Assembly (NCBI RefSeq): GCF_001194135.2
Contig: NC_068984.1
Coordinates: 114,374,346-114,438,345, forward strand
Source: Octopus bimaculoides
Lineage: Eukaryota
Direction: 5' to 3'
DNA: 64,000 bases
Positions 40,440-53,510 of the stretch are shown piece after piece. Numbering within the stretch: the stretch's first letter is position 1; every line of letters begins with the position of its first letter. The translations under genes and the position numbers were made by a program. The notes beneath the pieces were generated by a model that was not told the DNA's origin, ran no database searches, and saw only the letters and a program-made list of their open reading frames with translations.

Positions 40440-40850
40440 TATGACAGCCCATCAAAGGTGATAATAGCATCAATTCAAGACATTCATCCTCCTCATGATG
40501 GTATGCAAGCCAGAGTGACACTCAGCAGTGAAGCCTTGTAACCTTTTGATATCCAGGTGGGTGTAAAACAAGGATGCATCCTTGCCCCTGTACTATTTAA
40601 CATTTACCTAGTGGTTGCAACCCTTCTTTTCAGGAGACAATCCACTGAAGATGGAATTCGTATCAAGTACTGCTATGATGGTGGTATCTTTAACACTCAC
40701 CAGCTGAAAGCCACATAAAAAATCCCCTCAACCACAGTGTATGAGATTTAGTATGTTGACGATTCAGCTGCATCATCTCATACCTCTGCTTCTCTTTAAT
40801 ACATGATGAACTCAATGCACAGTGCCTATTCTTGGCTCGGTCTTCAAGTG
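40440..40850 (+). mobile_element. Decayed RTE-like LINE RT fragment
   Basis: GMQARV...GVKQGCILAPVLFNIYL...GIRIKY.YDGG. Confidence 0.7.
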
Positions 40851-42195
40851 AATCATTGAACAAAAGGGCTAACCCTTTTGATACCAACCTGTCTGAGATC
40901 ACCCTTGTTTCTATGATACAAGATTCTCTAAAACTAAAGTGATCTAAATTAAAACCTTCCATCAAATTTTAGTATCAATTTATGTTCAACAACCAGATTA
41001 ATAATCCTTTCTACTGGAAGCACAATGCCTCAAATTTGGGGGAAGGGATTAAGTCGATTACATTGACCCCAGTGCGTAACTGGTAGTTATTTAATCAACC
41101 TCAAAAGGATGAAAGGCAAAGTCGACCCTGGCGGAATTTGAATCCAAATTTAAAATTCACCTGAACAACCACAGATCTTCTTTCTGGATCCCAGAGAGAC
41201 ACAACACAATGACACTCACAGCATACGTATGGTGCCTAAAGGACAATCATATGCCCTTTAACATCAGGTGGAAATTACTGGAAACTTGTTCACCCTATCA
41301 CAATGGAACAAGACTATGTAAATTGTGTATAGCAGAAAGATATATATAAACTCACATGAACCAGGGTCTACCTGAACTCCTGGACGGAAGTTGTGAGGAG
41401 TTGTCCACATTTACGGAAATTTTTACTTCAAAATTGGAAAACCTAGCTATCAAGCGAAGGAAGACAACTTGCCCAGCCATAATTTTTTAAAAGGAATATT
41501 TCTTGAACTATCACCAGCATTCAGTTATTGTTTAGAGAAACTGAAGAGGTGTCTAGTTCACTGTTATATTACACATACAAAAATATATGTATATGTATAT
41601 ATATATGTGTATTTTATATNNNNNNNNNNNNNNNNNNNNNNNNNNNNNNNNNNNNNNNNNNNNNNNNNNNNNNNNNNNNNNNNNNNNNNNNNNNNNNNNN
41701 NNNNNNNNNNNNNNNNNNNNNNNNNNNNNNNNNNNNNNNNNNNNNNNNNNNNNNNNNNNNNNNNNNNNNNNNNNNNNNNNNNNNNNNNNNNNNNNNNNNN
41801 NNNNNNNNNNNNNNNNNNNNNNNNNNNNNNNNNNNNNNNNNNNNNNNNNNNNNNNNNNNNNNNNNNNNNNNNNNNNNNNNNNNNNNNNNNNNNNNNNNNN
41901 NNNNNNNNNNNNNNNNNNNNNNNNNNNNNNNNNNNNNNNNNNNNNNNNNNNNNNNNNNNNNNNNNNNNNNNNNNNNNNNNNNNNNNNNNNNNNNNNNNNN
42001 NNNNNNNNNNNNNNNNNNNNNNNNNNNNNNNNNNNNNNNNNNNNNNNNNNNNNNNNNNNNNNNNNNNNNNNNNNNNNNNNNNNNNNNNNNNNNNNNNNNN
42101 NNNNNNNNNNNNNNNNNNNNNNNNNNNNNNNNNNNNNNNNNNNNNNNNNNNNNNNNNNNNNNNNNNNNNNNNNNNNNNNNNNNNNNNNNNNNNNN

Positions 42196-42234
<39 letters not shown>

Positions 42235-42903
42235 ATATTGCTGGCAGAATCATTAGAGTGTCAGACAAAATGCTATGTGGTTATTTGCTCTGGCTCTTTA
42301 TGTTCTGAGTTCAAATCCTTCCTGCCAAGGTCAATTTTGCATTTCATCCTTTCAGTGGGGGGAGGGGGGGGTTCAATAAAATAAAGTACCAGTCAAGTGC
42401 TGTGGTCAATGTTATCGACTACCACACTACCCTCAAATTGTGCAGGCCAGAATCAGAAACCATTGTTAAAATGTTTGTTTGTTTGTTTTTAGTAATGCTT
42501 TCATCTGTTCTTCTCCATATGTGGTTAATAAAGGGAAAAAGCATTATTAAAAAAAATTGTTGTTGTGGTTGCCATTGTTGCTGTTGTTATTGTAGACATA
42601 CAGTCCAGCTTGGCATGATGTTGCAAAAGGGAATTGGTTTATTAGTCATGTATTGAATATCAGGTGGTGTAGGAATGACTGTACAGAATGACTCCGCGAT
42701 GACTAATTCTCCTGATGTAATATCAACCACTTCTTACATTTGTATGGGCCATGAGTGTCTTTCTATAGATTTTTCACATATCTTTTAGACATGTGTTTAC
42801 ATATGTATATGCATGGATGAATGTATGTTTGTATGTATTTGAGTATGTATGTGTATGTACGTCTGTGTATATGTATGTACGAATGTGAGTGTTGATGTAT
42901 GTA

Positions 42904-42956
<53 letters not shown>

Positions 42957-43189
42957 GTATATTTGTTCCCTTCTATTTTTAATTATTTGAAGTCTTCTTT
43001 AAAGGAAAGATCTAGTTTCTAACCAAGACACAGAGCTCCATTGTTGGAATGTAGATAGCAAAAACAATGTCACATGTGTTTATGTATGTATATGTATGTA
43101 TTTATGTATGTATATATGTATACATGTATGTGAGTGTGTATATATGTCTGTGTATATGTATGCATGCATGTATGTATGTGTACATGCAT

Positions 43190-43220
<31 letters not shown>

Positions 43221-43375
43221 GTTTAACGTCCGCTTTCCATGCTAGCATGGGTTGGACGATTTGACTGAGGACTGGTGAAACCGGATGGCAACACCAGGCT
43301 CCAGTCTGATTTGGCAGAGTTTCTACAGCTGGATGCCCTTCCTAACGCCAACCACTCAGAGAGTGTAGTGGGTGA
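43190..43375 (+). mobile_element. Young SINE-like family B ((CAT)n-CGTTTAACGTCCGCTTTCCATGCTAGCATGGG...)
   Basis: Highly similar copies at ~1340-1570, 26935-27210(-), 30301-30505(-), 31293-31470(-), 44300-44480(-), 56783-57030(-) and 58455-58687. Confidence 0.8.
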
Positions 43376-43503
43376 ATAATAATAATAATAATAATAATAT
43401 GTATATGTATGTGTATGTATGTATGCATGTATGTATGCATGTATGTAGATATAATCTATGTGTCTATGTGTGTGTTCATGTATGTATGTATGTATGTATT
43501 ATG

Positions 43504-43538
<35 letters not shown>

Positions 43539-44480
43539 NNNNNNNNNNNNNNNNNNNNNNNNNNNNNNNNNNNNNNNNNNNNNNNNNNNNNNNNNNNNNN
43601 NNNNNNNNNNNNNNNNNNNNNNNNNNNNNNNNNNNNNNNNNNNNNNNNNNNNNNNNNNNNNNNNNNNNNNNNNNNNNNNNNNNNNNNNNNNNNNNNCAAT
43701 AAAAACTTTAGAAATATCATGAATGTTCAAAATATTTATTAAAAAAATATTTATAAATATGCATGATTTCTAAGTTGTATAAAAATATGACAATTAAAGT
43801 TAAAACATTACGATGTGTAAACGTACATTATGATATAACATATAATGGGTAAATATATACGGTATGATGAAGTTATAAATTTACATGTATTATATTAAAA
43901 ACGTGTACATTAGGACACTTTTAGACACTTTAGAGACTGAATACTATAAATTCATTTATTGATTCTTGAAGGAATTGAACACACATATTGTATCTTGCGT
44001 TGGACATATGGTATTATTCCTGTGATTTTCCACCCTTATGTATCCATTTTTACTATAAGATATATATATCTGTATATATGTATGTGTATACATATGCCTG
44101 TATGTATGTGTGTATGTATCATCAATGTTTTCTTTATCACAAATAAACAACAAACATTTACAGCAGAAATGAATGAACATATAATCTGCAGTCAATAATA
44201 TATATGTGTTTGTTTAAATATAATTATGTTTTTATTAGAAATAATACATTTCTAAATCTCTCAGAGAGATTTATACAGTTCTTGTAGTGATGATGGTGGA
44301 GGATATCGACAGCACCCACTACACTCTCTGAGTGGTTGGCGTTAGGAAGGGCATCCAGCTGTAGAAACTCTGCCAAATCAGATTGGAGGTTGGTGTTGCC
44401 ATCCGGTTTCACCAGTCCTCAGTCAAATCATCCAACCCATGCTAGCATGGAAAGCGGACGTTAAACGATGATGATGAAAT

Positions 44481-45140
44481 GTTCAATAATATTGAGAACT
44501 GGGGACTGTGGTGTCCAGATAAGATGTTCAACTTCACCAGAATGTTCCTCGTGCCATTCAGTAACAACTTTAACTGTGTGAATTGGTGCATTATCATCCT
44601 GAAAGATTGTGTTTCCCTTCGGAAACAGTTCCGCAACCATAGGGTGAATTTGATCAGATAAAATGCTTAAACAGACCTGACTATTAATTCTGTCATGACG
44701 GGAAACAATTGGGTCGGTGGATTTCCAAGATATAGCCCCCACCCCCAGATCATCACAGATCCTCCTCCATGTTTAACAGTTGGAAGAAGGCAGTCTGGGT
44801 CAAATGCTTCTTTTGGCTGTCTCCACACGTATACTCGGCCGGTGGTTGGAAATAAGGTAAAAGATGACTCGTCCAAGAAAGTAACATTCTTCCACTGCTC
44901 TAGGGACCAATTCTGTAGGTTTTTACTCCACTCTAAATGCTTTGGAGTGTTTGTTTTTGAAAGTAGTGGTTTTCTGATTGCAGCCCTCCCATGAAATCCA
45001 GCTTTGTGCAGCTCCTAGTGAACAGTTTTTGTGGAAACTGGGTTCTCGATGTGGTCATTAAGCACTGCAGTAATTTTGGGAGCTGTACTCTTGTAATCCT
45101 TTCGTGTAAGAGTCCAATAGTCCCTATCTGAAAGTTTTGG
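44481..45140 (-). mobile_element. Tc1-like transposase remnant
   Basis: AAIRKPLL...DESSF...PTVKHGGGSVMIWG...FQDDNAPIH...WTPQSPVLNIIEH. Confidence 0.88.
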
Positions 45141-45600
45141 TTTTCTTCAGAATCTCTTGCAATTCATCTGGATGGTCTCCTTGTTTATGTTGGTGAATTC
45201 TGCCATAATCCTTGCCTTCAGTTCATTTTTGGTGTTACAAGGAATTTTGTTGGTCTCTAGCTCAACTATGCTCCACACATAATAATCAAGGGGGTTGCAG
45301 TCTGGGGAGTTAGGTGGCCAGATGTTAAGGGTGATGTGGTTGTAGAAATTGTCTGACAGCCATGACTAGATTCTCCTGCTTGTGTGGCATGGTGCAGAGT
45401 CCTGTTGCCAGACAGAGGGTCTTCCAACAGCCACCCTCTTGACCCAGGGAAGCATTACCTCCTCCAGGCACTCGATGTAGGCCTGAGTTGAGTCTGAGGC
45501 TGTGTGAGAAGATGAATGGAGGTATAACATTACTCTCACTCGTTATCACTCCAAACACCATGATGTTGACTGGATGTTTGATTTTTATCACTCACAGTAC
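45140..45600 (-). mobile_element. maT/DD37D-like Tc1-mariner remnant
   Basis: KHPVNIMVFGVIT...PPFIF, QQDSAPCH, WPPNSPDCNPLDYYVWS. Confidence 0.75.
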
Positions 45601-47009
45601 ATGTCCTCAGATTGCACTGTCCTCAGTTTGACACCCAAACACTCTGAAATGTTCATATTGGAGCTTCCAGTGCAAATGCTAAGCAGTACAGCATGTCATT
45701 ACCAAATTTCTGGCAGAGTGAATTGCATCATGGTGCTGTTTTTCTCACAGGCAGTGCCCAACTGACCCTACTATACTGTGCTGTCAACAAAATCAAAAAC
45801 AAATACTATGCATGCATGAAATTAAAAATATAAAATGGTGACAATTTACCCACCACACCCTGTATTTACACATACATATACATACTGACAGACTGATAGA
45901 AAAATATAAAAGAAACCCATTTTTACCTCTAGGTACAAGTGGTCCATATCAGTCTGGCCCCAACTCCTTTGACCTGTCCAGCATAGATGGCCCTACCAGT
46001 AGGAGCTTGTGCTCCACTGGCATAACTCTCAGGATCACTGGACCTTATATGCCACTACTCTTGCAATAAGGATTGGACATTGTGGTGGACGTTACATAAT
46101 GTAATCTTTCATAAACTATACCTGAATAAAAGTTACAATGGTTATAACAGAATACCTTTGCTTATAAGTTAGCTGTATCATGGGTGACTGCTAGTTAAAC
46201 AATGTCAATTTGTATTATTTTCCAAAAGCCTAACATGTTGTCCAGTTGTACATCACCATCTGGTTCTTGGATGCCTTTAGTTGGAATTATCTTCTCTTAC
46301 AAAGATTCAGATCCAACTCTTGTTTCCCTCCTTTCACACATTTCTTTTATCCTGCAGATGTGTAGGCTAGGCATCAGAGACATCAACTCTGCTAGTCTGA
46401 GAGTGGAAGAATCTGCAAAGGTCATGGATACTCTCTTACCACTTACATAAAACAGGCTATAAAATATTAGAAAAGTATATGGTCTACTCTTGTGAAGTGT
46501 GGTGAGAGAGACAAACCACTTCCAAGCATATTTCTCCAATCTCAAATTCTCATTTATGACACCTCATAAATTTCAAGTAGCCATAAGAACATTACCTTCG
46601 CTCCATGGAGAAAATACGTATTGAAATTACCTGCCAAGTTACAGTTGCCAATGATGATTACTAACTTTGTCAATTTGACCTGAGGCTTAACATCCTCTTG
46701 ATAGTATGTAGATCCAATTAAAACTGGTAACAGGTTGCTCAACAATATCAGGAATTCAATCGCCTGTGCTTTCAATGACAAATGGGGACTCTGTTCCAGG
46801 TATATGACACAATATCTCTCTGTCTAACCCTGTAACTTAGTGGTCTGTCAAAAGACATCAATAGAAAAAGTTCCAGGCTTAAAAAAAAATAATTAGTGGG
46901 GTTGATTCATTCAACTGAACTTCTCCAAGTTTTATGACTGCATTCTAATGACTGAAATAAGTAAAAGATAAAAGATATGTAACGGTTGTTGTCTATGTTA
47001 AAGATGAAA

Positions 47010-47047
<38 letters not shown>

Positions 47048-48262
47048 AACTCCATGAAAGAAGGATAGTGGCCAGAGTTATTTCACCATTACATATAATT
47101 AAAGCCAAACCATGATGGGCTAGCATGTAAAAAAAACAGTCGGAAAGCATACAAAGCAATGAGAGTTATATTTTCTTGTAAAAATAATGTTGGACTTACT
47201 TATTCCCTGTCGTTCTAGCACCCATAACTAACTAGATTAAGTGAGGTTGTTGAAATGAAAATTACATTGTGGTGCAGAATTTCAAAGTCAACCACAACAC
47301 AATGGTGAGTTCAACTGAATAGAAAAGCCAGTGGTAAAACATTTTTTTAAAAATTAAAATGCAAAAAAAAAAATCAAAAAGTTTAGAAAACCAATGAATG
47401 ATAGAACAAAGGGTGAGCCCCAAAATATGAAAGAGTGGATTGGTTTAGAGTTGAGGAGTAAGAAGAAAAGGAGAAAGAGAGGGAAAGAAAGAAAAAAAAA
47501 TGGAGAAAAAGGTTGTTATTGTTACAGGGTGGGGGTGTATTATGGTCATAAAAATCTATTTTAGAGATGTGACAACAGATTTTAGCAAACTGCTAGAATG
47601 TCATCATTCAAATTTATATGGATAAAGGGGTGGTGGAGTTGGTGGGGTCATTCATTCCATATTTCTGTTGAAATACTCTCTCTTTGTTTCAAATAATTTT
47701 GAAAGTAATGAATAATTTAGTAAAATAACATTCTCATTATCAAACTGGTGTTTGGAACATAAATTAACATTAGATTTTGATGGAAAGTTTTAATTTAGAT
47801 CACTTTAAAACAGAAAATTCTATCCTTGATGCAGAGGTGGTCTCAGGTAGGTTAGTTACAAAAAGGTCAGAAGCTTTAAAACTGCTACCATCACCTTTAT
47901 TTATTTCTCAATACTTATTACATCCTGTACTATGAAATGTCAACAAGTTCCATCACACTTCAGTAACCTATTTACTAATACAATTTCATGCCTCTTTGAC
48001 ACGTTTATTTCAGTTTCAAGCCAGGCTCTCAGATCAACTCACCAAACAAGCACAATTCTAAAATGTGTGTGAGCGTGTGTGTGTGTGTATGAATGTATGT
48101 ATATATGTATGCATACACACACACTCACATATATCTCCCCTGTCAGTATATGAAAATGTACTTTTTTTTGTGGGTCTAAGGGTTTTAACTCTTATTTCTA
48201 GCAATATAGGTGCTACCTGGCACCCTCAGTCACAGTTAGTGATAAATGAATTTTTCCTATTT

Positions 48263-48618
48263 GGTATATCCACAGTGTACAGTATTATATATCCATCACA
48301 GCCGATCTTACCAATCAGTTTCATGCTAGGGGAACAATGGAGTGTTAGGTAACAATCCGATTATATAACCCTACACTCATCAGAGGTAGCCAGTGTGGAA
48401 TGAAATATGGCAACTGTTCTCTATTGTTGGATGTGTCAATTCACCTCCAACAATAGAGAGCAGTCACCATATTATATTCCATGTTGGCTGCCTCTGATGA
48501 GCGTAGGGTTATATAATCAGATTGTTACCTAACACTCCATTGCTTCCCTAGCATGAAACTGGTTGGTAGGATCAGCTGTGGTGGATATATAATACTGTAC
48601 ATTTTGGATAATATACCC
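48263..48618. repeat. ~355-bp imperfect palindrome (foldback/MITE-like)
   Basis: Arms of ~170 bp are reverse-complementary with scattered mismatches around a centre at ~48437. Confidence 0.85.
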
Positions 48619-48717
48619 ACTCTATTGACAGATATACAAGTGCAACTTTTTCCTGACTTATGGACTTTTAGATGACTTATGCATTATACACACACACACA
48701 TACATATATATACATAC

Positions 48718-48784
<67 letters not shown>

Positions 48785-48797
48785 TACACATACATCC

Positions 48798-48831
<34 letters not shown>

Positions 48832-49041
48832 GATTAGAGGTTGTGTTAACCTCATGAAGGGATGGTTTCATCCAAAGAAATATTGGTTCAATACTTAGTA
48901 TTTGCGAGGAATTAATTACCTTAAAATGATAGGTATATATGTATATAAAAACATAGTTATAAATTCATATAAAGGAAGAAAAAGAAAATGGAGATTGGGA
49001 AGTTAATAACTGTTTATTATTAGCAGCAAATTAATCACCAT

Positions 49042-49131
49042 CCCTTACAGCTGTTTCAATTAAAACTCAGGAAATATTAAGTAAATATTAAATTTATATT
49101 TATATGACCTGAGCATAATAACTTCAGAGGG
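49042..49131 (-). ncRNA. Degenerate hammerhead-like motif with long stem II
   Basis: Minus strand reads CCCT-CTGAAGT-...CTCAGG...CCTGAG...-GAA-ACAGCTGT-A-AGGG. A9 is substituted. Confidence 0.5.
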
Positions 49132-50110
49132 AAAAAAAATATACCCTTGGATGTTTTATATGTGTTTATGGATTCTTTATAGCGGACTGAATGATATGGT
49201 TAATGATTTGTATTGTTATATGTTTGGGCAAGGGGTTTGCAGGCTGACTGGAGATAAGATAGAGTAGGTAAATAAAATTAGAACAATAAATGAATAAATT
49301 AAATTGAGATGATAGAGGAAATTTAAATGTAAGTAACCTAAGTTTATAGTTAATAAAAGAATGGAATATTCATTTATAAAGTATGAATAAAGTTATGAAA
49401 ATTTGTATATATGCAAGTACACACGTATCTTTATACACACATACATATCTTTATCTGTACATCCATATATATACACAGAAATACACACATATACATACAT
49501 CCACACGTACACACATATCCGTGCATACATGTATATATATATATATTGTTGTTGGCACTCCGTCGCTTACGGCGTTGAGGGTTCCAGTTGATCCAATCAA
49601 CGGAACAGCCTGCTCGTGAAATTAACATGTAAGTGGCTGAGCACTCCACGGACACGTGTACTTTTAACGTAGTTCTCGGGGATATTCAGCATGACACAGT
49701 GTGACAAGGCTGACCCTTTGAATTACAGGCACAACAGAAACAGGAAGAGTGAGAGAAAGTTGTGGTGAAAGAGTACAGCAGGGTTTGCCACCATCCCCTG
49801 CCAGAGCCTCATGGAGCTTTAGGTGTTTTCGCTCAATANNNNNNNNNNTGGTGAAAGAGTACAGCAGGGTTTGCCACCATCCCCTGCCAGAGCCTCATGG
49901 AGCTTTAGGTGTTTTCGCTCAATAAACACTCACAACGCCCGGTCTGGGAATCGAAACCGCGATCCTATGACCGCGAGTCCGCTGCCCTAACCACTGGGCC
50001 ATTGTGCCTCCACATATATATATAAATATACAAATACATGAATACTTAGGTACATTCACACATACATATATGTATATACATGTGTTTACTCTTCATACCC
50101 ATCACACCAA

Positions 50111-50170
50111 AGAAGAAGTTAATATAGATCCATGTTAATTGACCAACATGGATCTATATTAACTTCTTCT
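50111..50170. repeat. Perfect 26-bp-arm hairpin, 8-nt loop
   Basis: AGAAGAAGTTAATATAGATCCATGTT-aattgacc-AACATGGATCTATATTAACTTCTTCT. Confidence 0.95.
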
Positions 50171-51000
50171 CAGGTGTAATGCGTAAAAAGAGAAAATACA
50201 TGTATATACATATATGTATGTGTGAATGTGCCTAAGTATTCATGTATTTGCGCATGTATGTGTACATATACATATATATATGTGTATGCATGGATATGTG
50301 TGTACGTGTGGATGTATATATATGTGTGGATGTATGTGTGTATTTCTGAGTACATATATGAACATACGCATACAGATATGTATGCATGTATATGTATATG
50401 TGCATACTTGCATATATACAAATTTTCATAACTTTATTCATACTTTATAAATGAATATTCCATTCTTTTATTAACTATAAACTTAACTTAGTTATATTTA
50501 AATTTCCTTTATCGTACTATTCAATTTATTCATCTAGTGTTCTAATTTTATTTACCTACTCTATCTTATTTTGCCCAAACATATAAAAATATGAATCATA
50601 AACCGTATCATTCAGTCTGCTATAATGAATCCATAAACACATATTAATATNNNNNNNNNNNNNNNNNNNNNNNNNNNNNNNNNNNNNNNNNNNNNNNNNN
50701 NNNNNNNNNNNNNNNNNNNNNNNNNNNNNNNNNNNNNNNNNNNNNNNNNNNNNNNNNNNNNNNNNNNNNNNNNNNNNNNNNNNNNNNNNNNNNNNNNNNN
50801 NNNNNNNNNNNNNNNNNNNNNNNNNNNNNNNNNNNNNNNNNNNNNNNNNNNNNNNNNNNNNNNNNNNNNNNNNNNNNNNNNNNNNNNNNNNNNNNNNNNN
50901 NNNNNNNNNNNNNNNNNNNNNNNNNNNNNNNNNNNNNNNNNNNNNNNNNNNNNNNNNNNNNNNNNNNNNNNNNNNNNNNNNNNNNNNNNNNNNNNNNNNN

Positions 51001-51121
51001 GTTTCCACTGGTGGGGATGGTGATGGAGTTTTTCGAAAGACTGCATGGATGCCTTCTGGAGATGGACCGTCTGCTCAATATCCAGCTGTTTCAGTACAAA
51101 CTTCTTCAGACAGTTCTTCAG
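51001..51121 (+). CDS. NEK11: NEK11-like exon, 5' boundary hidden in N gap
   Basis: Open frame starts right after the gap: VSTGGDGDGVFRKTAWMPSGDGPSAQYPAVSVQTSSDSSS+G|gtattt. The phase-1 end joins the 55394 exon (G+AT=D). Confidence 0.6.
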
Positions 51122-53340
51122 GTATTTTTTTACCATTAATGTAAATTTCTTATTAGTTGACACATAATACTTAGATAGTGGAGGAGATATGATGTTGCTG
51201 TGGGCTGGAAGTATGCAAGAAGTTAAAATTTTTTTTTGACTAAAACACAACTGGGACCCTAAGTAAGGCATTTGTAAAATTTGAATGAAATTGGTTGTGT
51301 AGTTCTGGAGTTTTAGGGATTCACAAAGACACACACACACACAGACACACAGACATACATTCACAATTTTATATATATATATAGATATATATGTATAAAG
51401 TATGTAGGAGATACTTGCCTAAGGTGCCATGCTGAAGGGCTAAACCCAAAACCATGTGGTTGGGAAGTGAACTTCTTAACCACACAGCAATTCCTACACT
51501 TATATGATAGATGATTTAAGTATTTAATATTTTGAACAGCTCTGAGTACTTACTAAAATGATCCAGATTCTCAAATTAATCACTTGACTTCTTGTGACCA
51601 GGCGAACTTCAACAAACAGATGACACCAGTAAAACTTAACACAGCACTCTTGTCTTAACAACTCTTGTAAGAGAAAGTAAACCTCAAAACAACAAAACAA
51701 ATTCACAGCACCAACCAATACCTAGCACAACAAACCATTCCTTCCCAAGGCACAAGACAGCTTCTATGAAATAACAGTCAATTCTTTTTTCCAAATTCTG
51801 CATTGGACAATGAACAAGTCCCTTAACTCTTTGGGGGTGGTTGGGGCACTTCAGGCTTGCAGCTTATCTTGGACGAGGAAGCCTGGCAGAGCCCATCCCT
51901 CTTCCAAGCTAAACTCCTTTCTACAGCTGAGTGGATTGGAACAACGTAAAATGAAGTGTTTTGCTCAAGAACACAACACATCACCTGGTCCAACACCCTA
52001 ACCACTAAGTCACGTGCCTCCACGTAATTTTGCCTAACCATCTTGAAGAACATATTAGACAATGTAGTTCCAGATACTTTTAAAAAGAAGGGATGGCCAT
52101 TACTAGGATATTTTGGCTTATAGGTCTGCAGATCTTTTTGATCTGGAGCTAAACGATAATATCAGTAACAACATCCCTGTAGAATTATTAGCATGCCTGC
52201 ACAAGTGTGTGCCTCCCGACTTTGTTTCTTCATAGCCTTCAGAAAAATGCATATTTTCTAATTAGATTTTCTAAAAATGCCTTTCAGATAGTGTAGATTA
52301 CGATTACACTGGAATTTAATGTAAAAAAAAAAAAAAAAGGTTGGCATGCACATATACATATACTGACACACAAGTCAATTTTGCTAGTAGTGTGTATCAG
52401 TATGTATGTAAACGTGTCCACCAATTTGTTTCGCCTTAAATTTCGATCGATCATAATCTACATCATCTTTCAGAAAATTCCATCATCTTTGCTGAAAATT
52501 CCATTAAAAAATACTAATTTTTAAGATGAAACAAACTTGTTTGAATTATTTGAAATTCCTCTCCGACTCACTCCGAGGAAAAATTTGACGATAAATTTCG
52601 ATATAATCGGAATTTACATCATCTAAACAGTACTTGCAGAAAAATCTGAAAGCTATAAGGAAACAAATTCGTGGGGAGCATACATTTATAGTAGATATGC
52701 CCCACCTGCAGCTTTCGTACTGGTTTACATTGGAAAAAATTATAAACTGACAAGCTGTTCGAAAAATTGCCAAATTTCAGTTATTTTAATTATATAAACA
52801 TGTTTTATATGAAACTGAAAGCAAGACCACTTGTCAACAGTGGATTGGTTGGCTGCTTGAGGTTGCCTGTTTGTAGCAACAAAAATGTGGTTAGAAAATG
52901 CAAATAGATCTTATTGCAGAAATTGCCGATGTGCTTGTGTTCTTGCGTAATACGACAGAGTGTGATGTCTTTTTGTTTTGTTCCAGTGTTTGTTTTTGCA
53001 AACTAGAGGACTAGCTGAGTTAAGGCGGAGAAAACTTTTTAGTATATTGAATATGTTTCAAGTAGAAGCAGACACAATCATGGAAAGTACAGTTAAAGCA
53101 AGGGAGACAACTTATTTATACGCATCAACAAGTGCGCCTCTACACAGACATTTGATCTACTAGAAATAGTAGCCATATTTCCTCCTCACATCAAACCTTC
53201 CTGTTTTAAAAAAGTAAAGAAATTTTGAGGCCACACAGGCCTCACAGACACACACACTCGCGTGTATATAGGTCTACAGGCATTATTACATGATTAAGAA
53301 GTTTGCTTCACAACCATGTGATTTGGGGATCAGTCCCACT

Positions 53341-53510
53341 GTTATTTCTTTATTGCCCACAAGGGGCTAAACATAGAGGGGACAAACAAGGACAGACAAA
53401 GGGATTAAGTCGATTATATCGACCCCAGTGAGTAACTGGTACTTAATTTATCGACCCCGAAAGGATGAAAGGCAAAGTTGACCTCGGCGGAATTTGAACT
53501 CAGAACATAA
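53341..53510 (+). mobile_element. SINE-like family C (TTGCCCACAAGGGGCTAAAC...GTCGATT.CATCGACCCCAG...)
   Basis: Copies at 1-90(-), 4694-4820(-) and 54711-54930(-), plus variants at 16640-16780, 17800-18005, 19535-19755 and 41000-41145. Confidence 0.75.

Noticed and set aside
43263-43290. CTGAGGA-CTGGT-GAAACCGG in SINE family B looks like a hammerhead core
   Set aside because: The 5 nt between the boxes cannot form stem II, and there is no UH or stem I.
48495-48570. CTGATGA...GAAAC in the right arm of the foldback
   Set aside because: There is no clean 10.1-11.1 pair and no stem I partner.
49770-49925. 75-bp direct repeat inside the SINE
   Set aside because: It straddles a 10-N gap, a typical contig-overlap artefact.
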